This document shows positions 1-8,317 of a DNA stretch of 64,000 nt, piece by piece (the stretch's first letter is position 1; every line of letters begins with the position of its first letter). The notes beneath the pieces are model-generated. The model was not told the origin of the DNA. It made no database searches and saw nothing but the letters and a program-made list of their open reading frames with translations. The position numbers and the translations under genes are program-made. Origin of the DNA: Anaeromyxobacteraceae bacterium (GTDB lineage: Bacteria; Myxococcota; Myxococcia; Myxococcales; Anaeromyxobacteraceae); the NCBI GenBank assembly GCA_032654565.1, contig JAULAX010000015.1, positions 832,001-896,000 on the forward strand. The letters run 5' to 3'.

Positions 1-2148
1 GCCGAAGACGAACTCGCGCCGATCGAGGAAGAAGTTCTTCTCGTCGACGGTCCAGGCCCGCAGGCGGCGGAAGGGGGCGTCGCCCCGGTTCTCCACCGTC
101 ACGGTCCACTGGACCACCTCGCCGGCCTTCTGGGCGCGGCCGGCCGGCGGGGTCACCGTCACCACGGCGCGCGGGGCGCCGGTGGTGGTGCCGTGCGGCG
201 CCGACCAGTCCACGCCGAGCTGGCCGAGGCGGGCCTCGAGCCGCTTCTCCTCCTCGGCGCGGCGCTCGCCCACCAGGCCGCCGGCGGCCTCCAGCAGCCG
301 GGCCCGGTCCGGGAACGGGGCCCGGGCCAGCAGGTCGCGGGCGAAGCGGATCTGGAAGTCCTCCTTGACCTGGTCGGGATCGGCGTCGATCTCCTCGTCC
401 TCCTGCTGCTCGGCGGAGAGCGCGGCCTCCTCGCCGTGGGCGTCGCGGGCCGCCTCGCGCTTCAGGGCCCGGGCCACCGCGTCCTCCTTCTCGTCGAGCA
501 GGTAGCGGAGCTCCAGCGGCGACTTCTCGGCGCGGCGCTTCTTCAGGTCGGCGGCCTTGGCGCCGCCCAGGTTGGAGAGGTGGCGGTCGAGGTCGGCCTC
601 GCCCATGGCGCGGGGCGGGGCGAAGACGTTGATCTGGTCCTTGAGCGCCCGGCCCGGCAGCAGCGCCACGTCCGGGATGATGCCCACCTCCTGGATGGAG
701 ACGTCACCGGGGGTGAGGTACTGGGCGATGGTGAGCTTGAGGGCGGCGTCCTCGGTGGGGCGCCCCGGCTCGCTGAAGTCGAAGAGGGTCTGGACCGAGC
801 CCTTGCCGAAGGTGGGCCGGCCGACGATGAGCGCCCGGCCGTTGTTCTTGAGGGCGCCGGCCACGATCTCGCTGGCCGAGGCCGAGCTGCCGTTGACCAG
901 CACCACCAGCGGCAGGCCGGCCAGGTCCTTGGGGTCGCTGGTGGCCTCGCGGACCTCGCGCTGGCGCTGGGCGCCGTCGCTGACCGTCTTGACGATGACC
1001 CCCTCGGAGAGGAAGAGGTCGGAGAGCTCCACCGCCTCGTCGAGCAGGCCGCCGGGGTTGCCGCGCAGGTCGAGGATCAACCCCTTGAGGCGCCCGCCGG
1101 CCCTCTCCCGCTGCTGCAGGATGGCCTTGTGGATCTCCCGGGTGCCGTTGCGGGCGAAGGTGGTGTAGCGCAGGTAGCCGACGCCCTGGTCGAGCAGCTT
1201 GGCCTGGGGGATGGTCTCGACGCTGATGGTGTCGCGGGTGAGCTGCAGCCGGCGCGGCTCGGGCCAGGCGGTGCGGGCCACGGTGATCGTCACCGGGGTG
1301 CCGGGCTTGCCGCGGAGCCGCTCGACGGCGTCCTGCACGTCCATGTTGATGGTCGACTGCTCGCCGATGCGGGCGATGATGTCCTTGGAGCGGATGCCGG
1401 CCTTCTGCGCCGGGGTGTTCTTGAACACCCGGACCACGGTCAGGTTGCCGTCGCGCATGGCGATGGCGAAGCCGATCCCGCCGAACTCGCCGCGGGTCTG
1501 GGTCTTCATGTCGCGGAAGTACTTGGGCTCGAGCACCACCGAGTGGGGGTCGAGCGTGGAGAGCACCCCGGCGGCGGCCGCGTACTCGATCTCGCGCAGG
1601 TCCTCGTGGGCCACCAGGTTCTCCTGCACGAACCCCATGACCTCGCCCAGCAGCAGCCGGGCGTTCCAGATGGTGTCGACGTCCTTGAGGGCGAAGTCGC
1701 GGGTGGCGCTGCCGACCGTGACGGTGAGCTTGTCGCTCTTGGCGTCCCCCTTGACCATCACCTCGGCCACGGTCCGCTCCACCGAGTCGAGCGCCGCCAC
1801 CACCATGGCCTTGGGGTCGATGCGGGTGGGGTCCACGTAGGCCTGGTGGACCTTGCTGAAGACGAAGCCGAGGATGGGGAGCCGGTCGAGCCGGTAGTCC
1901 TCGGCCGCGGTGGCCCCCTTGCCCTGGGTGGCGCCGCTCAGGGAGGCGGCCAGGTCGTCGGCGTGGCCCAGCGAGGCCGAGGACGGCGCGGCGGGCAGCC
2001 CCGTGGTGGCGCTGGAGGCCAGCAGGGCGAGGGCCCGGGCCGGCGCCGGGGCCTGCTCCGGATCGGCGCGGACGAAGCGGACGGCGACACCGAGCGCCAG
2101 GGCGGCGACGACGGCAAGCGTGGCGACGAGCCGGAACGGGCGGTTCAT
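1..2148 (-). CDS. S41 family carboxyl-terminal processing protease with PDZ domain(s) (myxobacterial long form); 3' end runs off the window
   Basis: Absent from the ORF track because there is no stop in the window. Minus-strand reading from ATG 2148 (MNRPFRLVATLAVVAALALG, signal/anchor) contains LDP, DLRGNPGG, VLVNGSSASASEIVAGAL, TFGKGSVQ and KLTIAQYLTPG, typical of S41 proteases. Confidence 0.9.
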   Translation of the reverse strand, partial: MNRPFRLVATLAVVAALALGVAVRFVRADPEQAPAPARALALLASSATTGLPAAPSSASLGHADDLAASLSGATQGKGATAAEDYRLDRLPILGFVFSKVHQAYVDPTRIDPKAMVVAALDSVERTVAEVMVKGDAKSDKLTVTVGSATRDFALKDVDTIWNARLLLGEVMGFVQENLVAHEDLREIEYAAAAGVLSTLDPHSVVLEPKYFRDMKTQTRGEFGGIGFAIAMRDGNLTVVRVFKNTPAQKAGIRSKDIIARIGEQSTINMDVQDAVERLRGKPGTPVTITVARTAWPEPRRLQLTRDTISVETIPQAKLLDQGVGYLRYTTFARNGTREIHKAILQQRERAGGRLKGLILDLRGNPGGLLDEAVELSDLFLSEGVIVKTVSDGAQRQREVREATSDPKDLAGLPLVVLVNGSSASASEIVAGALKNNGRALIVGRPTFGKGSVQTLFDFSEPGRPTEDAALKLTIAQYLTPGDVSIQEVGIIPDVALLPGRALKDQINVFAPPRAMGEADLDRHLSNLGGAKAADLKKRRAEKSPLELRYLLDEKEDAVARALKREAARDAHGEEAALSAEQQEDEEIDADPDQVKEDFQIRFARDLLARAPFPDRARLLEAAGGLVGERRAEEEKRLEARLGQLGVDWSAPHGTTTGAPRAVVTVTPPAGRAQKAGEVVQWTVTVENRGDAPFRRLRAWTVDEKNFFLDRREFVFG

Positions 2149-2391
2149 TCTGTCTGGCTTTCCCGGGGGAGTTCGGCTGGGGGGAGAAATCCGAGTGACT
2201 GTCGAGGATAGGAGGAGCCCGGTGGGAAAACAAGGGAACCGCCCCGCGCATGCCCGGGATCGTCCGGGCCTCCCTTTCGGGGAGGGAAACCGGGTCCGGC
2301 GGGCCTTGGACGATCGGGGGGGTCGGGGGTAGGTTCGGCACCCGCGGAAGGGCCGGAGCGCCGGCCACCGCGGCTGAAAGGCGGTCGTCCC

Positions 2392-3756
2392 GTGTCGCTC
2401 GATGCCAAGGTGAAGGAGAGCCCGCCGGTGACCGGCGTGGACGATCTCACCAGCTACTTCCGGCAGCGGGAGCGGCCGCGCCCCGACTGGAAGGTGGGGC
2501 TGGAGCACGAGAAGATCGCGCTCAGGGCCGGCACCCTCGAGCCGGTCCCCTTCGAGGGGCCGGGCGGCATCGAGGCGGCGCTGCGGGCCTTCACCCAGTT
2601 CGGCTACCAGCCCTTCCTCGAGGACGGTCGGATCATCGCCACCCAGCGGACCGGGCTGACCGTCTCCATCGAGCCGGGCGGCCAGATCGAGCTCTCCGGC
2701 CGCCCCTTCGCCGACATCCACGCCGTGGCCTCGGAGCTGGAGCGCCACCTGGTGAAGTGCCGGGAGGTGGCCGGGGCGCTGGGGCTGGAGCTGCTGGCCA
2801 CCGGCTACCGCCCCTGGGGCCGGCCCACCGAGGTGCCGTGGATGCCGAAGAACCGGTACACGGTGATGCGCCCGTTCCTCGAGGCCCGCGGCCGGCTGGC
2901 GGTGGACATGATGGCCATGACCGGCTCCACCCAGGCCTCCTTCGACTTCTCCGGCGAGCGGGACATGGCCGAGAAGCTCCGGGTGGCGCTGGCGGTGCAG
3001 CCGGCCGTCACCGCGCTCAGCGCCAACTCGCCGGTGGTGGACGGCCGGGAGTCGGGCTGGAAGAGCTACCGGGTGGCGGTCTGGGAGGAGACCGACCCGG
3101 AGCGCAGCGGGCTGCTCCCCTTCGCCTTCGAGCCCGGCTTCGACGACGACGCCTACCGCCGCTACGCCGAGTGGGCGCTCGACGTCCCCATGGTCTTCCT
3201 GCGACGCGACGGCCGCTACCTGCCCACCGGCGGCCACAGCTTCCGCCGCTTCCTGGTGGAGGGGCTGCACGGCCACCGCCCCACCATGCTCGACTGGGAG
3301 GACCACCTCTCCACGCTCTTCCCCGAGGTGCGGGTGAAGGGGGTGGTGGAGGTGCGCGGCGCCGACGCCTGCGACGCCGACATGACCCGGGCGGTGCTGG
3401 CGCTCTGGAAGGGGATCCTCTACGACCGGCAGGCCCGCGACTGGGCCTGGGACGCCGTCAAGCGCTTCACGGTGGGTGCGAGGCGGGCCCTGATGGTGGC
3501 GGCCGGCCGGCAGGGGCTGGAGGCGCGGACCCCCGACGGTCGGACCCTCGGCCAGCTGGCCGGGACGCTGCTCGACGCCGCCGAGGCCGGCCTGTGCCGG
3601 CAGCACGCCTGCGGCGACCAGGGGGAGGACGAGCGGAAGTTCCTGGCCCCGCTCCGGGCCCGGGCGGAGAGCGAGCGCTCCCCGTCCGACGAAGCGCTGG
3701 AGGCCTTCCGCCGCGGCGGGGACCGGGCGCTGGCCGAGCACCTGCGCTGCGCCTGA
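2392..3756 (+). CDS. gshA: Glutamate--cysteine ligase (GCS2/plant-type)
   Basis: VGLEHEK, SIEPGGQIELSG, WMPKNRY, TQASFDFS, DWEDHLSTLFPEVR and EVRGAD motifs. Confidence 0.92.
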   Translation: MSLDAKVKESPPVTGVDDLTSYFRQRERPRPDWKVGLEHEKIALRAGTLEPVPFEGPGGIEAALRAFTQFGYQPFLEDGRIIATQRTGLTVSIEPGGQIELSGRPFADIHAVASELERHLVKCREVAGALGLELLATGYRPWGRPTEVPWMPKNRYTVMRPFLEARGRLAVDMMAMTGSTQASFDFSGERDMAEKLRVALAVQPAVTALSANSPVVDGRESGWKSYRVAVWEETDPERSGLLPFAFEPGFDDDAYRRYAEWALDVPMVFLRRDGRYLPTGGHSFRRFLVEGLHGHRPTMLDWEDHLSTLFPEVRVKGVVEVRGADACDADMTRAVLALWKGILYDRQARDWAWDAVKRFTVGARRALMVAAGRQGLEARTPDGRTLGQLAGTLLDAAEAGLCRQHACGDQGEDERKFLAPLRARAESERSPSDEALEAFRRGGDRALAEHLRCA

Positions 3757-3801
3757 GCGGGCCGCCAGGCTCCCGGGCGGGCCGGGCGGGGGCGCTCCCC
3801 G

Positions 3802-4770
3802 TCAGTCCAGCTCGGGGGGCAGGGTGTTGCCGAAGAGCAGCGTCATCCCCACCAGGAACTCCAGGCCGGTGAACTTCCCGCTGGCCTCCAGGCCGGTCGG
3901 CCCGCGGACCGGGTCGTGTCCGTACTGGTTCATCCCGGCGCTCTTGGTGAAGGTGTAGAGCGCCGCGGCGCTGAAGAGGAAGGGCGACCGGGTGTACAGC
4001 GAGACCCGCAGCCCGCCCGAGACGCCGAGGAGCGCGTCCTCGGCGGCCTCCTTGCCGGAGGCCTTGAGCGTCGCGTAGGCGATGTTGACGGAGAGCGGCA
4101 AGTCCAGGCTGACCAGGCCGAGCTTCCCGTAGGGCTTCACCAGCGGCAGGGCGAACTCGAGGCGGAGCTCGTAGAACTGGTGGTCGGCGTTGGTGATGGT
4201 GGTCGGGGTGCCACCCGAGCCGGCGGCCGGCGAGGTGAACTGGGGCACCTTCCCGCTGGCGTAGCGCATCATCAGGGCGAAGTTGCCGGTCCCCGCGCCG
4301 GCCCGGAAGCCGAGCCCGAAGGCGGACTCGAGCTTGTCGCCGAGGCGGCCGCCGTAGCCGGGTCCGGGTGACAGCCGGGGCACGTACTCCAGGCTGAATC
4401 CGGCCGAGTCCTGGTTGTAGGTGGCCCTGGCCTCGCCGTCGGCCTTGGCGCCCAGCGTGGCGCGTCGCTCGGCGGCCGCCTTCCCCAGCGGGCTCCCGGG
4501 CTCCAGGTCGGCCGCCTTGCCGTAGGCGGCGGCGCCGGGGCCGGCGTGGCCCAGCCGCTCCTCGATGATCCCCAGCAGGAACCAGGCCCGGGCGTTCCCC
4601 GGCTCACGCTCGGTGGCCTCCAGCGCCGCCTCGCGGGCCGGCCCCCAGCTCTTCTGCGAGGCCAGCTGCCTGGCGCGGGGATACGGCCCCGGCGCCTCCT
4701 GGGCCCCGGCCGGTGCGGCCGCCAGCAGGGCCAGCAGGAGGCCGGCGGTCGCGGCGGCTCGGGCCCTCAT
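3802..4770 (-). CDS. Secreted protein with N-terminal TPR repeats and a C-terminal beta-rich, outer-membrane barrel-like region
   Basis: ATG 4770 overlaps the upstream stop (ATGA). Signal peptide MRARAAATAGLLLALLAAAPAGA, TPR-like EPGNARAWFLLGIIEERLG...AYGKAADLEPG, and alternating-hydrophobic strands ending GLEFLVGMTLLF. Confidence 0.65.
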   Translation of the reverse strand: MRARAAATAGLLLALLAAAPAGAQEAPGPYPRARQLASQKSWGPAREAALEATEREPGNARAWFLLGIIEERLGHAGPGAAAYGKAADLEPGSPLGKAAAERRATLGAKADGEARATYNQDSAGFSLEYVPRLSPGPGYGGRLGDKLESAFGLGFRAGAGTGNFALMMRYASGKVPQFTSPAAGSGGTPTTITNADHQFYELRLEFALPLVKPYGKLGLVSLDLPLSVNIAYATLKASGKEAAEDALLGVSGGLRVSLYTRSPFLFSAAALYTFTKSAGMNQYGHDPVRGPTGLEASGKFTGLEFLVGMTLLFGNTLPPELD

Positions 4771-5468
4771 TTCCCGGCCTCCGGGCCCGGCGTGGGTGGC
4801 TCGGTCGGCGGTGGCCTGGCCTCGAAGGACTGGTTGCAGGAGGCGTACCGGCTGCACTCGAAGGAGGCGTCGGCGGCATAACACTGGCAGTCGCACTCGT
4901 TGAGCTTGGGGAAGCCGGCCGGGCAGCAAACGGACGGGCCGTTGAGCGCCCCGCCGCAGACCACCACGTGGCAGACGAACTGCCCGCCGGCGGCCGCGTC
5001 GCAGGTGGCGGCCGGCCGGGAGTCGGTGGTGACGCGCTTCTCCGGGTTGAAGGGGGCATCGAGCAGGCTCATCCGCAGGAAGGCCTCCCGGTCGAGCCGG
5101 TCCGCCCGCGCCTGGCGACGAGCCATGGCCTCCTTCTCGGCGGCGGCCCGCGCCACCGCCGCCCTGGCGCTGGCCTCGGCCTGGGCCTGCTGCTCCCCGG
5201 CGGTCAGCACCCTGGGCTTGAAGAGCTCCCCCACCAGGGCGCCGGTGAGCGGCACCAGCGGGTTGGTGCTGGAGCCGCCGCTCGACGAGGAGGAGGTGCC
5301 GTAGCAGGCCTCCTCGCAGGTGGAGGCGCTCCCCAGCGGCTTGTGCCTGCCGGGACAGGCGCACATGGTCGGACCGGCCGCCCGGGTGCTCTGGGCCTCC
5401 GTCCAGGAGGCCGTGGTCAGCGTCGCCACCATGGCGCAGAGCAGGTACACCGGCACGGGCCTGTTCAA
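4767..5468 (-). CDS. Cysteine-rich putative secreted protein
   Basis: TTG 5468 preceded by GGAGG. Hydrophobic N-terminus, a 4-Cys N-terminal cluster and a 10-Cys C-terminal cluster. Stop overlaps the next start. Confidence 0.65.
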   Translation of the reverse strand: MNRPVPVYLLCAMVATLTTASWTEAQSTRAAGPTMCACPGRHKPLGSASTCEEACYGTSSSSSGGSSTNPLVPLTGALVGELFKPRVLTAGEQQAQAEASARAAVARAAAEKEAMARRQARADRLDREAFLRMSLLDAPFNPEKRVTTDSRPAATCDAAAGGQFVCHVVVCGGALNGPSVCCPAGFPKLNECDCQCYAADASFECSRYASCNQSFEARPPPTEPPTPGPEAGK

Positions 5469-5678
5469 GAGATCCTCCCTGGTTCGACTCCCCGTCGAAG
5501 TGACCGACATCGTGACGCACCAGAAGGAGGGATCGCAAGAATTCGCTTCCCCGGGAATCCGGGAACTTGCCGAAACCTCACACTGACCGAGAGTAATTCC
5601 TGGCCATGGAGGAGGTCCGGGCGATTTCGTCAAGGCGCAAAGGGCGCCGCGCGGCCCGGGGCGGCGGGCGCCGGAGGA

Positions 5679-6623
5679 TCAGCCCGGTGGCCGGGGCGCC
5701 TTCACCGCCACCCGCTCCCTGGCGCGCAGCACCAGCACCGTCCCCGCCAGCACCAGCACCATCCCGGCCACCGCCGGCGCCGTCCACCGGTAATGCTCGA
5801 AGAGCGTCGAGGCCAGCATGGCCACGGCCGGGATGACCGCCGCCGAGTACCCGGCCCGCCCGGCGCCGATCCGCTGCAGCAGCGTCAGGTAGCTGACGAA
5901 GGCCACCACCGAGCCGAAGACCGCCAGGTAGAGGAGGGAGAGCAGGTAGGGGGCCCGGGCGTCGAAGCTGAAGGGGATCCCCACCGCCAGGCACCAGGCC
6001 ACCATCAGCAGCGCGGCGTACCCCATGGCCACGGCGGTGCCCGGCACCACCCCCACGCCGCGGGCGAAGACCCGCTGCGAGAGCAGGTTGCCGCCCGAGG
6101 CCACCAGCGTGCTGCCGGTGGCGAAGGCCACGCCGACCAGCAGCCCGGAGTCGCCGCGCAGGCCGCGCACCTCCGGCCAGAAGAGCAGGGCCACGCCGGA
6201 GACCCCCATGGCCGCGCCCACCATCACCGCGGGCGGGGCCGGGGTCCCGAAGAAGACCCGGGCGCCGAGCAGGTTCCAGAAGACCATGAAGGCGAAGAGC
6301 ACCGCCACCAGCCCCGAGGTCAGGGTGGCCTCGGCCCGGTAGACCAGCACGTAGTTGAGCCCGAAGAGCAGCACCCCCAGCGCCGCCAGGCGCAGGTGGT
6401 CACCGAGGGTGAAGCGGAGCGGGATCCGGCGCAGGCCGCACCAGCCCAGCAGCAGCGCCGAGGCCAGGGCGAAGCGCCAGGCCACCGAGACCTCCGGCGC
6501 CACCACCCCGAGCTGGAACTTGATCACCAGCCAGGTGGTCCCCCAGACGAAGGTGGGGACGGCGAAGAGCAGCAGGCTGCTGGCGCCGGCGGGGCGGGGC
6601 GCGGCGGGATCGGCGGCGGGCAT
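5679..6623 (-). CDS. EamA/DMT family transporter
   Basis: About 10 TM helices; WGTTWLVIK, AWRFALA and LLYLAVFGSVVAFVSYLTL motifs. Confidence 0.9.
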   Translation of the reverse strand: MPAADPAAPRPAGASSLLLFAVPTFVWGTTWLVIKFQLGVVAPEVSVAWRFALASALLLGWCGLRRIPLRFTLGDHLRLAALGVLLFGLNYVLVYRAEATLTSGLVAVLFAFMVFWNLLGARVFFGTPAPPAVMVGAAMGVSGVALLFWPEVRGLRGDSGLLVGVAFATGSTLVASGGNLLSQRVFARGVGVVPGTAVAMGYAALLMVAWCLAVGIPFSFDARAPYLLSLLYLAVFGSVVAFVSYLTLLQRIGAGRAGYSAAVIPAVAMLASTLFEHYRWTAPAVAGMVLVLAGTVLVLRARERVAVKAPRPPG

Positions 6624-6636
6624 GCGGCTCGGAGGG

Positions 6637-7080
6637 CTACCGCCCGGCGTACGGCTTCCCGAAGGTGAAGGTCTTCCGCTTCGGATCCCAGAGCCAGGCC
6701 CACCAGAAGTCGGTGGTGCCATCCCCCTTGTAGTACCGGAAGTCGGTGTGGCCGTCGCCGTTCAGATCCTTGAACTGCCAGCGAGAGGGCTTCTCCATGT
6801 CGTTGACGCTGGCCTCGAGCCGCTCGGCGCCGTGGCCGCCAAAGGTCTTGCCGGTGAGGTTGTCGGTGATGACGTACTCGTAGACGTAGAGGAAGCGCTT
6901 CTGCTCGGCGGGCCCGAGGGGGATGGTCTCCTTGAGCCGGACCTGGACGCTGAAGCCGGGGCCGGGGACCAGCTGGTAGCCCTCGGCGGCCCGCCGCTCG
7001 CGGGTGGTGGTCTTGGGAGCGGCGGCGGCGGCGGTGGTGGCGGCCAGCAGCAGGGCGAGGAGGGCGAGGCGCTGGACCAT
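6637..7080 (-). CDS. Small secreted protein with a DxNGDG Ca-binding-type motif (resembles XAC2610-related proteins)
   Basis: Signal peptide MVQRLALLALLLAATTAAA; FKDLNGDGHTDF followed by WLWDPKRKTF. Confidence 0.55.
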   Translation of the reverse strand: MVQRLALLALLLAATTAAAAAPKTTTRERRAAEGYQLVPGPGFSVQVRLKETIPLGPAEQKRFLYVYEYVITDNLTGKTFGGHGAERLEASVNDMEKPSRWQFKDLNGDGHTDFRYYKGDGTTDFWWAWLWDPKRKTFTFGKPYAGR

Positions 7081-7145
7081 GGACGTCTCCGGCGAGGCGG
7101 GAGGAGCGGCCATTCAACCACGAATGACCGGGCCGGGCGGAGCCC

Positions 7146-8153
7146 TCAGGGCCGGGCGCCGGCGAGGGCCTCCGACCGGCAGGCGTCCCGGGCCGCCACC
7201 ACCTCGTCGAAGAACGGCGCAGGCACCACGCCGCCCCGGAGCGCCGTCCAGCTCCGCTCCATGGCAGGCCGCCAGGCCGCGGCGTCGACCTTCACGAGCT
7301 TGAGCCCCTGGCGCTGCATGGCGCCGATGGCCTCGACGTTGAGCCGGCGCACCTCCAGGTCCACCCGCTCGCCGAGCTGGCGCGCCACCTCGAGGAGCCG
7401 CGGCCGCAGCCCGGCGGGGACCCGCTCCCAGGCGTCGCGCCGCACCACCGTCACCCCCACCATGAAGCCCACCGGCAGGTCGATGAGCCACGGCGCGGGC
7501 ACGAAGGTGCGGGTGACCAGCGCGTAGAGCGGCACGTTGTTGAGGCAGTCGATCATCCCGGTCTGGAGCGCCGGCATGATGTCGGTGGCGGCCAGCACCA
7601 CCGGCCGCAGCCCGGCCCGGCGCCAGGCCTCCTCGATCCCGGGATCCCCCTGGGCGGCGAAGATGCGCGCCCCGGCCAGCTCCTCCGGGGTCCGGCGCGG
7701 GCCGTTGCAGTAGAGGGACAGCGAGCCGATCACGCTCCACTGCACCACCACCAGCCCCTGCGCCTCGAGCGCCCGCTCCATCGAGCCCTTGACCCGCTCG
7801 AGGGCGCAGCGCATCTCCGGCTCGTCGCGGAAGAGCAGCGGCGTGGTCATGGCCTGCGGCTCCCTCACCAGGTCGTGGAGGCCGACGTTGGTCAGGGCCG
7901 CCGCCTGGAGCTGGCCGATCCCGACCTTGCGGATCACCTCGCCCTCGTTCCCCTGGGTGCCGCCGGCGTAGACCCTGAGCTTGACCTGGCCCCCCGAGGC
8001 CTCCTCCCAGCGCTGGCCGAGCTCGCGCAGCAGGTCGTGCCAGGCCGAGCCGGTGGGCGCGAGGGTGGCGAGCTTGATGGTGACCTGGCCCCACGCCGGC
8101 CCGGCGGTGGCGAGCAGCAGCGCGGTGATGGCCCAGCGCGTCGGTGAACTCAT
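7146..8153 (-). CDS. TRAP transporter substrate-binding protein (DctP/TatP-like)
   Basis: Signal peptide, IKLATLAPTGSAW, VYAGGTQGNEGEVIRK and IMPALQTGMID. Confidence 0.85.
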   Translation of the reverse strand: MSSPTRWAITALLLATAGPAWGQVTIKLATLAPTGSAWHDLLRELGQRWEEASGGQVKLRVYAGGTQGNEGEVIRKVGIGQLQAAALTNVGLHDLVREPQAMTTPLLFRDEPEMRCALERVKGSMERALEAQGLVVVQWSVIGSLSLYCNGPRRTPEELAGARIFAAQGDPGIEEAWRRAGLRPVVLAATDIMPALQTGMIDCLNNVPLYALVTRTFVPAPWLIDLPVGFMVGVTVVRRDAWERVPAGLRPRLLEVARQLGERVDLEVRRLNVEAIGAMQRQGLKLVKVDAAAWRPAMERSWTALRGGVVPAPFFDEVVAARDACRSEALAGARP

Positions 8154-8317
8154 GGTGACCTCCCGGGTCCCCGGGGGAGGGACCGTGCTTCGGCTGGAGA
8201 GTCCTGGAGGGGGGCCGGGTGTGACGGGAGCGGGGCGGCCCCGGTCCTGGCCGCCGCCCGGTCACACCGGCGGGTGCTGGCGGCCTCTCCACCCCGGACA
8301 CCGGACGGGGAGCGACC

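Noticed and set aside
193..2211. 672-aa plus-strand ORF
   Set aside because: Antisense shadow of the S41 protease on the minus strand
5478..5500. tRNA/tmRNA T-arm-like GGTTCGACTCCC
   Set aside because: The T-stem pairs for only 2 bp; no acceptor stem or CCA
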